This document shows positions 48,101-60,100 of a stretch of DNA of 64,000 bases, in pieces. How positions within the stretch are numbered: position 1 is the stretch's first letter; every line of letters begins with the position of its first letter. The stretch spans positions 14,786,633-14,850,632 of the forward strand of contig OZ037769.1 in the NCBI GenBank assembly GCA_964035545.1, written 5' to 3'. The position numbers and the translations under genes are program-made. The notes beneath the pieces are model-generated. The model was not told where the DNA came from, did no database searches, and was given only the letters and a program-made list of their open reading frames with translations. The DNA comes from Bugula neritina (taxonomy: Eukaryota > Animalia > Bryozoa).

Positions 48101-51100
48101 TTGTTAAATCGGGCTAAGGACTTATTCATACGTGGCACAGGAGTAATTATGACTGGATGCTCTTCTTAACATCACCAATGGCCTTAGTGGAGTTTAAACC
48201 CATGAGTTTGTGCTTACCAGGCAAATGATCTAACCTCTACACCACGGCTGCTCCCTGCATATATAGAGAAAAAGACTATGATTACATAATGTGGATATTA
48301 TTTTTCTATTGATCTTGCTTAATGTGTTTAGACTCTCAGTCTATCTTAGTTTCCAATATTTGTAGCTAAAGTTGTTACGCCCTCTGGACACACACACCTA
48401 CCTGAAATAGTTGACAACGGAGATGGAAGTGTTACCATAAAGTACCAGCCTATAGAAACAGGCTTACACAATCTGCATGTGGCATACAACAACAAACCTA
48501 TCGAAGGTGTGTAGTAATAAGTTGATGCTGTGTGCTACATTTTTTTCTCCGGCACAAGTCATCGCTATGGTTACCAAACTGTTCTGTTTCCTGTGAGTGA
48601 AGCTGACGTAGTGGTTTCTTGACCTTGAACTTTCTGTAGTACATCCTGCAGCCAATCAGAACTGTTGTAGAATATTCTGTGGCCAATCAGCAATGCTGTA
48701 GTATATTCTGTGGCCAATCAGCAATGGATAATCAACTCTGATAAAAGAAAAGTTACTATTCTCTTATTCCCAACCTCAAAGAGCGAAGGCTAAAGACTAG
48801 TTTTAATTTGTCAACTTACTTCCGTAACTTACTTACTTTTCCATTACGCTACGGAAAACTCTTGGTGATTCTCTTTCTTTTCTCTTCTTATCCTTGATGT
48901 CAAAAATTTATCTCTTTGTCTAATGATTTATCAGATTGATATGTAATTCTCGGCAGGTGCGCAGCTTAACACAAACATTATCTGAAGAAGTATTTGTTGT
49001 GTTGCAGGTACTGCCCTGAAATACCATGTGGTTGGCACATATCACTCCCGATTGTGGTTCAAAGGTATTGTAAAACCAGAAATACAAGCTGCCCATTTCA
49101 CATCCACAACTCTCTCAGCTAGACCCAGTTACGCTCAGTTCCCATTCTAACTAATCCGGGGGCTTTTTAAAATTCCAGGCAATAGCTTTATTTCTGGCTT
49201 TTACAGTAGCTTATTTCGTTCCCACAGACCATATGATTTGGAATTTTCCTTTCTTTATTTGCCCTCACCTCCCCTCTTTCTCTGGTCATATGCTTTTCTA
49301 TATTCGCTGATTTTGCTGAAACTGAAAAGTTAGTTAGTCTGTGGTCCTATGTTTATAGGAAGTCCCTACCAGTTCTACGTAGATGCAGTTGACAGCGGCA
49401 TTGTGGCGGCGTATGGCCCAGGGCTAAGTTATGGAGTGGCCGGGGAACCATGCTCTTTCACCATAGACACTAAGAATGCTGGAGCTGGTATGTAATACTT
49501 CATCAAATAATTTCTGGTGGTTATAATAATTTTATCAACAAGGAGTTGTCTTTCCTTTAGTTTCAATAACTTGGTGTAATCTTTTTCGATTTTCTCAAAG
49601 GCAATGCAACTCCAATGTTTTAAATCAATCATTTCTACCTATTGAATGTTTTGTATTGCTACAACACTGTTAGCTAATATACGTCTTCTATGTAAAGGAA
49701 AGACAACTTTGTATTGTAAAGAATTTTCACCGTTTATTTACCAAAACATATGGCAAAAAGTAGACACAATAATACAAACCTGCCCTGTAATAGGTGGACT
49801 CAGTCTGGCTGTTGAAGGCCCGTCTAAGACTGAAATCAGTTGTCATGACAACCATGACGGCACATGCACTGTGACCTTCGTGCCGAGGGTCGCTGGCGAG
49901 TATCGAGCCTCGGTCAAGGTCAATGGGCAGCATATCCCGGGCTCTCCATTCTTGGTTAAAGTGCAGCCCAGACCAGGTTAGCTGCATGCTGCCACTGCGT
50001 GTCACGCTGCCACTGCGTGTCACGCTGCCACTGCGTGTCACGCTGCCGGGTGTCTGCTTGTTGTGCTGTCGGGTCTCTGCGTGTTTGGCTCCTTTTCCGG
50101 CTTTTAGCTTCTGTCAAAAATAGAGGTGACAATTCCTTACTCTAACACCAAAGAGTTAGGCGCTTTGTTCCTTTTACAGAGCTCAGTACTAATGAAATAT
50201 CCCTTCCAAGCCCAATTGCTTTGTTCATAGAAAAAATATACTGATTCTACTCCATTTTTTGTAAATTACTAAATTTAAAGCCTCATTCATGAAATCATGA
50301 TTTCGGGTCATTTAGTTTAAACTATAGAGACAGCAATATAGGAGGCTGGTTTGCAGTTCTCGCGCCAAGTGATATATAGCCTGCCTTCTGTTGCTAAACA
50401 AAGGTAGTGCCACATCTCTGAAGAAACTGAGGAATGACATGTAATTACAAGTCTATAATCTCATTCCTGTTGGTGTAAGGAATGAGTCCGTGTGTTGTGA
50501 AGTTTTAGCATGCTGCATGGTTTGATTGGTTGCAGGTGCATTATCCCTGGCTATTGAAGGCCCTAGCAGAGTTGATATTACCTGCGATGACAATAAGCGT
50601 GGACTATGCAGAGTTTGCTATATTACTCAAGCCGAGGGAGAATATCACGTCATCATAAAATTTGATGGTCAGAATATTATCGGCAGTCCATTTAAGGCTC
50701 TGATATACGGTGGGTATCGGGCTAAGGTTTTGGTGATTTTATTTATGCTTTGTGGTTCTGTAGCATGCCGTGTGTATTTAACAAGAAACAATGCTGTAAT
50801 TTTACTAAATTTACGAATATTATTGTGAAATGTGTCGTTTACTATTTACAGCACTATAAAAGAGACATTAAACAGCATATGCTTGTTATTTTATTGTCAG
50901 TTATTTTGGAGATTTACAAATGTGGAGACTTATTTATTTTAATATTTTTCTCTATAAATTCTAATCAATTGTTTTTGAGCCTCCAACTGAAATGTTGCTT
51001 TGATGATGTTTAAATTATTTCGGGATATTTCACACCATATATTCTTTAATATGTATCTGAAAGCATTTCGAAAATTATAGTCGGTGAGTTTTGTATAATG

Positions 51101-54100
51101 GATGTGATTTAGGGGAGATCCAAGAGCGGTCCCAGTTCTCGATGGGTACAGCTAGTGAGTTCTCGCTAACCGTGAAAGAGTACGACATCAACACTCTTAC
51201 AGCAGATATCACGACTCCTTCTGGTAAATCTGAATCCTGTATTCTCAAGAAGCTGCCCAATGGTCACTTAGGTGAGTCATGAGCCATCAGATAGTGTGAG
51301 TCATGAGTCATCATAAAGTGCTAGTCATACACTAGAATGAGTCATCATATAGTGTTAGTCATACACTAGAATGAGTCATCATATAGTGTGAGTCATACGC
51401 TATAATGAGTCATCATATAGTGTTGGTCATACACTAGAGTGAGTCATCATATAGTATGAGTCATACACTAGAGTGAGTCATCATATAGTATGAGTCATAC
51501 ACTAGAGTGAGTCATCATATAGTGTTAGTCATACACTAGAGTGAGTCATTATATAGTATAAGTCATACACTAGAGTGAGTGAGTCCTGCTATGAAACATT
51601 TGTAAGTAGTAGTAGGAGTTATTTGAAGTTACAGACAGTCGATAGTTTCAGTCATTAAAATTAGTTATTCCTCTACATTATAGAACTGGCTGGAAGTAAA
51701 TAAAACTCTCACGCAAACTAATAAATAGGATTACTACAGATTCTGCTAGACATTTTATGTTCATACTGTACCCCAATAGAACAGCAATTTATCATCTATT
51801 CTAACTGTGTCGGCTGTCTAAATTATGAGTAGAAATTATGGTTTCATAATAAATTTTGCTTGCTTTAGCCAAATAGTTGAAATTGATAAACTATCCCTGT
51901 CCTGCTCACTCACTGGTCACTCTCCGAAACCTGTTTTATACAGCACAAGTTACTTAAATTATGCATTTATACTCCACTCAACTCTTAAAGTTGTCTACTC
52001 TTTACACAGGGATTTCGTTCACACCTCACGAGACTGGAGTTCATCTGGTCAACGTATACAAATACAGGCAGCATATTCCCGGCTCACCTTTCAAGATAGA
52101 TGTTTCGAGGAACGAGGTTGGCGATGCCAGTAAAGTCCGCGTGTACGGAGAAGGTCTCTACAGAGGTTATCTACATCAGATTACTGAGTTTGTAGTCGAC
52201 ACTCGTGATGCAGGTAATACTTTGGCTACCGAGTGTTACCCCTTTTAGAGAATAAACTTGTTAAAACAATTGATTTTTAGTACATTTTAGTCAAAGTTTT
52301 CTAAAAAGACTTATTGCTTCCATGAGTGTTTTTGTGTGGAGAAACAGAAATTCAAAGTACTTTTTGGAAGCTGATTTAAATTATTTATTCTGCACTCTTT
52401 TTCATTTGTGTGCCATGCAATTGCTTGCTTGACTTGCATATTGGACTTCTGCAATGCTTCTTTATGTTTTGCCCTTGTTGAATTTTGCTGTTAACTGAAT
52501 TATATTTTTACAAAAAATGAATGATGACTGCTTTATAGCTGTTTCACTCACTTTCCTTTATACTATTTTTTAAGTTTTGTATGAAATGGTTTAGAGTAGT
52601 GAAAATATCATTGAAAACTGGTTATTTTAATACAAAGTTTGTTTTAAAGTTCAATTCTCGAACAATTAGAAATTCTCAAAAATCTCATCTGAGCTAAGTT
52701 TTTCCTTTTCAAACACATATTATTTATTTTTGTTTTACCAAAGAATATTTTAGCCTATCTTTATGTATAAAGCTTTGTCTATGTTCCCCTTGTCAGAGAT
52801 GTGTTCTAATCTTTGTGGTTCTCATAGCATGGCATGGTGTGAATTAATTTTACTTTAATTCATTGCAGTTCCAAACAGGTTTGTATGAATTGCTGGTAAG
52901 TCACACAATTTATGTTTTCATTTTAATAAAGAGTTCTTGCTTTTGCAATAAAGCATTTCCAAAGGTTTTTCCACAAAAAAAAACTGTCATTCAGTTAGTG
53001 CGAAAAATTCAACATAGAAGAGCTTTTTCATAAATTATAATCTTAAAAGTACAACCACCACGAAAGCAAATCTTTTGTAAAAGGTAAAGCTCTTTTGATA
53101 ACTCTCAGAGTTATCTTCTCTCAAACCATATAACTGGGAAAGATAATTACTTTGAACAATTTTTTTTTTAAAAGTTCTGAAAAAATAATGATACCCATGC
53201 CATATAAATTAAAAATCGCACACCTTTCAAACTGCAACTGAGCATTTCTATCTAGATATATGCATACAGAATTGATCTAAAATATCGTGACCACGCAGTA
53301 CTTTAATGGACTTTGAAATCTATAACATTGCGTCAGTAACTTTGCCTTCACAGAGCTGGTCAATAATATATAAAAGCTTGCAAATAAAACAAGTACTTTT
53401 TAGTCAACCCAAAAGGTGTTTATTTTACTACCTTCTATCTACTGGAGATTTCTATGTATTCTTAATTTATTATTTACCACTCATAGCTCGTATAACCTAT
53501 TCATAGTTCAACCTATTTATAGTAAGGTTAGCAGACCAATTATAGTAAATTCATCTCAAGTAAACTTCAATGAAATATTTTAACAGATGAAAAAAGCTCC
53601 TAGCCATCTTCTGCCATCTACTGCGTTCTTTTATCTTCCTACTTCATGCTAGAACTGAGTTTAATCGTCATCTTTTTGTGCAATTCAAAAATATTTTATT
53701 GCAGAAGGTCAAAAATATTTTAAATAGTACATCATTATTTAATTTCATATGCTATTGAGCTTTGATATCGTGAAATTGGTATTTCAGATGGACATTTTAT
53801 AATGGTTGGTAGAATTGGGTCATATCAAGTGTTGTAGTGATAGGTAGTAAAAAGTTCTTGGTGGCAGCAGATTGGTTATTAAAGAGAAGACAAGTCTTGT
53901 AAGGTTTAAATGTTTAACACTCACTCATTATATAACTCTAAAACTCATATTTAAGCTGTTACTGTTCCTCTACACATTACTTCTACCTTATCTTAGCTAA
54001 CTCAAGAGGTCTGCCCTGTAACGAGTAGACAATTACTTGTACAGGGTAGACAACTACAAGTATGCAGACTACAAAGTTTCCACTTTACCATTTAAGGTGT

Positions 54101-57100
54101 GAAAGCAGTTTCACTGCAATCATAGTCAATATCTGCCCTTCTATGATTCATGTGCTTTGTTTACGAAAATATCTGAATTCTTAGCAGTTATGAAGTTACA
54201 TTCTCTCAACAGTACACTGGTTACTACAGTAAACATCATGTTGCATGACTTTATTATAACTCACCATCTGTATTTCCTGCATTGTAACCTGTAAAAATAG
54301 AAGCAAAATCACAAGGAGTAGACAAATCATGGCAGCTAATAAAGAAAACGGATTGTTTACAACAATTTCAATTGTTTGGTTGTCAGAAGCCCTAATTGCT
54401 ATTCACTTAGAAATACTATGTCTATTTTAGCACCAAATAAGCATAATATGCATAACTATAGAATACTGAATACTAGTTTATTTTGGTATAAGTTGATTCA
54501 GCAGCTTGTCTGTTTACAACGGCAGCGGCTGTATGTATTCTTTAATGCTGCCAGTTCTAAGCTGCACTGCTTGCATTAATTGGCAATTGCATCAGCACTA
54601 TACCAGCGGAGGCAGTTAAACAGCATCTTGCAACAGTGTAGAGAAATTTAATGAGCATTAAACATAGCCTGGAAACATTAAATCATAGCCAGCTGACTCG
54701 GAATTCCCTTAGAAACCCCTATACAGTATGATTAGTTTAGTTTGGAGCTCAGTCTTGAGTTCAGGAGTTTTTCTTTTCTTTGTAAATTAAGTAAAATATA
54801 CACCGAGGCTTTATTAATGTGTATAATATGATAGATTAGATTTTAAACACGTTAGCTGCATGATGCCGAAGATCGCTGCTGTATCAAACGAATAAATAAT
54901 TGTTCTTATACGGAGTTTACCAACACACAACACAATAACAGCAAATAAATTCAATTCTTGCATTGGCTGAAAAGTCTACCGATGAGGGTAGGTGGATAAT
55001 TAGGCATTCATAACCAAGAAATGGCAGTAATATTTTAGAAATGATTCAGAAATAAAGGGCAACAATAAAGGAGCAATTATCACTATATGCAAGTCATAAG
55101 CTATCATTTACTAGCTTAACCTAGAAACCACACGCCAAGCGCGAATATTTACAATGTGGTCATAAAAACAATATTAATATTGCTGACTTGCTTCGCAGCA
55201 CCTATTGCAGTTATTTTGTATTTGTCTGCTGACTATACAAGTGTTCTGCTATTCATTCTCTTGGAATATTTCTTAAGGCAGCATGAGTAATTATTCATGT
55301 ACGTATCTTCTCTACCCTTTTACTATTTACCTCTTTACATATATAAATATATATACTTGTTAGTTTAACGCAGCCTAGCTATTAATTATATTGCCATAAT
55401 CTTTACTCATCATTCTCATCCTAATCTATATTTGTCAAATATTAATTTATATTTCTTTTGGTTATAGAAAAATTTTAGTAATAGCCTCTGTATTCTCAAA
55501 TCCCATTTCATGTTTTAATTATTTCCGTAGGATAATTTTGAAACAATTGCAATAAACTAGAAAGTTTGAGCAATAAATGCTACGAATTTTAAAACATGAA
55601 GTATGTTTTTCTGCCAGCTAAGTATTAGTAAAGCCCTTTTTGTAAAAAATTGATTTTATACTAAAATAATATTTTCCTACTTTTGTTAAGAGTTGTCTCT
55701 CTTTACTTTGGACAACAAAGCAATGATTGTGTTGAATTTCAACCTAACCCCCATTTGTTAGGGTAAACAACTCCCTGTCTCATGCTGAATAATACAAAAT
55801 TCCAGCATATAGACTTTTATTCACAGTTTTATCTACGAAGCTTTGCATTTGTGTTGAAAAAACCATAGTTAAATATCATGAGACTAGCTGTGTTTCCAGT
55901 TAAGGGGCGATTTTTATCTTGTGACTTTCACTGAACTTTGCTAGATGGAAAGGGGCGACTCTCATCTCCCCTTCCCATCTAACAAAGTACAGTGAAAGTC
56001 ACTCTACTAATCTTGTAATGGTGCAGATTCAAACATAGTCTGAATTCTAGTTACTGTAACATTATGAGACTGTTTTGACACAATTTCGTTCATTTTATGG
56101 GAAATTTTCAGCTTAAAATTGAAAGTAGAATAAACTCTGTTCAAAGTCACTGGTTCAAAACCTTGAGATTAAATTGTAATTAACAAAAAACCTTTCATTT
56201 ATATAAATAACAGTATAAGATGGCAAACGTATTTTACAAATCCAAAATTTGGCGTTAATACCTTAATGACTCCTTAGTGATACTTTATAGGGAGTTTCCT
56301 CATAGTACAATGAAGTGGAAGAAGCTATTTTTACAGTGGACAAAGCAACTGCTTTGGTTAAAATTATTAAAAATTAAGTTATTATAATAGTAACACAGGA
56401 ATATCTTATTAGGCAGAATACATGCAGTTTTTCTTCTCTCTTACTCTCTCTTTCAACAAGTAGACAGTTATCTTCTAACATATTAACTTGTAATAATCCT
56501 GATTATTACAAGACATTCTTTTGGTAATTATCTCGTTATACAGTCAGCTGAGTATACAGCACAATAGGCCTCAGGGTGAGCTCATTTTCTAGAAGAATTC
56601 CAGCAACAATATTGGATGTTATCAATTAGTCTATGTAATTAGCTCGTAATCTAATGGTTTATCATCATTTGAGAGGGTCTTTTACTGTTTGTAGTGTGTA
56701 TTTTTTAATATAAATGTTTTTTTCTAGATGGTTTGACCAAATTATTTTGTAACTTGGAGTGCATGTAGAACTCCAAGATGGACTACCAAATATGACCGCT
56801 TTCAATAAATTTGATGGAAAATGATGTATTATAATGGAAAATTATGTACATATACAATTTCGATTTGGTTTTTCCCTTTTAAAACATACTTTGAATTTTT
56901 TTTTTCTCAAATTGAATTTTCTCAACAAAACACTGCTCTACTTTAAAGTAAAACTTCTAGGCCATGCCAGAGTAGTCCTCTAAAACTTAAGGTGGACAGT
57001 TCTTTAGACAAGCTTATTTAGTAATATGTCCGGGTATTTAATGTTGGATATTTTTATAAATATTTTCATTGATGTAGACTTCAAAAAATCTAATCAATTA

Positions 57101-60100
57101 TTGCTTATGCAGTATAAAGATGGTGCTGCCTTCAACGCTGCCTAATTTCTAAGTAAATCTGACATTTCCTTTATAAAATGCTAACTGTTTATACAAGTAT
57201 GGCTCTTGATCCAAGAGCTGCTGAGTACAATATACCGCACACAGTTGCTAAGTGAGTGTAATTGATTACAGTTGCCTGCTTCACGATTTCTAACACTAAT
57301 GTAATCAGACAGAACCGTGTTTCAACCAATCAGCTTCGAGCATTTTTTCAAGATTTGGGTTTCGTTTACAAGCCTTCCAAGAATTTGACATTTACTAGGG
57401 AGGTTTGGATGTAGTGAAGCAATCGAGAATCTTGTATAATATAAGTTGGAATAAAATGCCTGCCGCAAAGCAAACCGTCACGTTTGACCGTGCACCTGGT
57501 GCTGGTCCCATAACTAAAGGCGGTACGAGTCTGGAATTCCTAGAGAGTGAGTCTCAAAAATAATGTTTTTTTCTTGAATTGAAAATCTGCTATGTCATTC
57601 CTATCTTATACTTAAAATTAGCGAAAAAGTTTCCATTTCTCATTATCTTCTCACTAACTTATGGATTCTTTCAACTTTTGCGAATGGAATTTCACAAATT
57701 TGTATTGTTGTTGCCACGTGACACTAAAAACTATTCTATTTTCTGTTTTATATAATTTGTTGCAATTTATTGCTGTCTTTGTTTCATATAACATTGGTAA
57801 TATATAAAAAATAATAATATAAATAAAATTGTTTTAAAAAAGGGTTTTCCTTGTTGAAAATATTAAGTATTTCATGACTTGCTGTGGTAGACTGCCATCT
57901 TTTCTTTCGAGTGCAAAATAGTTTTCTTGCATTTAGTAAATTTATCCTTTTTAACTTCTGTAAATGATTTCGAAATATCCAAATGCTGTTTATGGCTTCT
58001 GCAATACAACCCAATAATTTTATTTATGACTTTCTGAAAATTAATTTTATATGAAAAGTTTGATTTTGTACCCAGTATAAAGCTCTTGAATAGGGTCTAA
58101 AACCAACTTTTTGCAATATATATTTTGGAGACTTTAGTATACTGCAACGGGAAAATTTCTGTATTCTATAATTTCTAAATTGGAAATCCTATTCTCATAG
58201 CACTTTATATTGCATATAGAAACCTAGTTCCAAACTTTCTAAGACTATCATCTGTTTACTTTCCTAATAGTGAATATAACTAAAGTCAAGTACTTGTGAC
58301 CTTTGCTAGTGTTGAGCACAGTCTATTAGATATAATAGTGTCAAATCTAGCCCTAGAGTGCCACTTGGACTCGTACTGTTTGCTGTGGGGATTATATCAA
58401 TGCATTGAGATAGTTTTGATGGACGGCATTATATTTATTGTGTTAGAAGTTGATGTATAATATAGGTAACTGAATATCCTTCTGCAAATATGATGTACTT
58501 ATGGAGCTGTTGGAACTTTATGTTCAAAGAATCCTATTGGATGCACAAGATCACTGTATAACTAATCCACAGTATATCTGTTTAATCTGGGCATGGCCAG
58601 GCAAACAATTTAGGCTGCATTGTAAATGTGCTCCTGCAAAAACTACATGACGTTAGTTGCTATTCAAATTTTAGGAAAATTGGAATAAATTTATTATCCC
58701 TCATCATTCTTTCTCATCTACTGATATATCAGCTATACTCTGTGCTCAATGTTGTATTTTAAGCCTTCTGTAAAGCTGAGAAAAGTAGAGTTTATCTACT
58801 GTTTTAGTATTTCAAACAAATGATCACAATACCTCTTGTTACTCTAATAACTTTAAACTCATAACCTAAAATTTCATTGCCTAAAACTCATAAGGTTGAG
58901 TATATTTTTATTCCATCAACTTTCAACTCTATCATCTCATAACTTTACCATTTCTTACCTCAAACTCATAGACACTCAAATTTCTCACAGTTTTTATAAT
59001 AATTGTAACAATGTGTTATCATTTTGCAGAAATCGCCTGAATTAAAATCAGTCTTGCAAAAACTGCGCATAATAAATGAACAAAAAGTATTAGAGTATAA
59101 AAACTTATTAAAATACAAAACCTTTGCTGGCATGGGTATCATTATTTTGTATCTGTCAGCGAGTGTGTTACCTGAGTTGGACTGTTGCAGGTTACGGAGG
59201 TTTGAGCCTGTCTGTGGAGGGCCCCAGTAAGGCCGACATCACGTGTAAAGACAAACCTGATGGAACCTGTGGGGTCACCTACAAGCCCACCCAACCTGGC
59301 ACTTATGTCATCGCCATCAAGTTTGCTGACGAGCACGTACCAGGTGAGTCAGCAGTTTCTATGCCTTACAGCTGGAGAGGGGCAGCTGGTGTGTTTGTAA
59401 CCGCCTTTGATATCTAGAGAAACATATATCAGAAAACTTTAGAGCTCATTGGATTGTTGTTGAAGCAGGAACCGCTTGTCATTTCCCTTCAGAACACTAA
59501 TTTAGTTGGAGTTTCTTTGACTTAAAATGTTTGGGGAAAAAAGCTTGCATTTCCTATCTAATTCTTGTTTCAGTTAATCAAGATAATATATAAATATAAA
59601 TATAAATACGTTTATTCATTTTCATGGAAAATAATATTATATTGCATTATGTAGGGAGCAGGGACACATAAGTTATCATTTAACATTGCACAATGCATTC
59701 ATGAGCACTTTTTCATCTCTGCATTGTAGGTCTATGGTTTAATGTAAATAGCCTTCTAGTAGATATATCCAAGTCTAGTGACTTTATAACCATTTTCTCC
59801 TCTCAGTATACCTTGGCAATGTGGAATGGGTTAAACCTTCTTGGCTGTTGTTATCCATATTTTACGGTGTTGGTGTCTTTTGATAAAAAGGGAGGAAAGT
59901 TATGACACTACCAATTTAAAAGAGGCCCAGATTCTGTCTCTGTGATACCAGAATTGAGAAAATTATAACAAAAAATGCTTTTATGTACTATACTTTAATT
60001 ACCATATTATAAAATAATACAATTGTTGTGTTGAGATTCCATAGCAGCCCCTATAGTGTAACAGCTTGCAAGTTATAAGTCTAAAGTTCGATACCCGGTG

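Noticed and set aside
51081-51083. 3-nt microexon TAG|TCG|GTGAGT
   Set aside because: The downstream intron would be only 29 nt, too short to splice.
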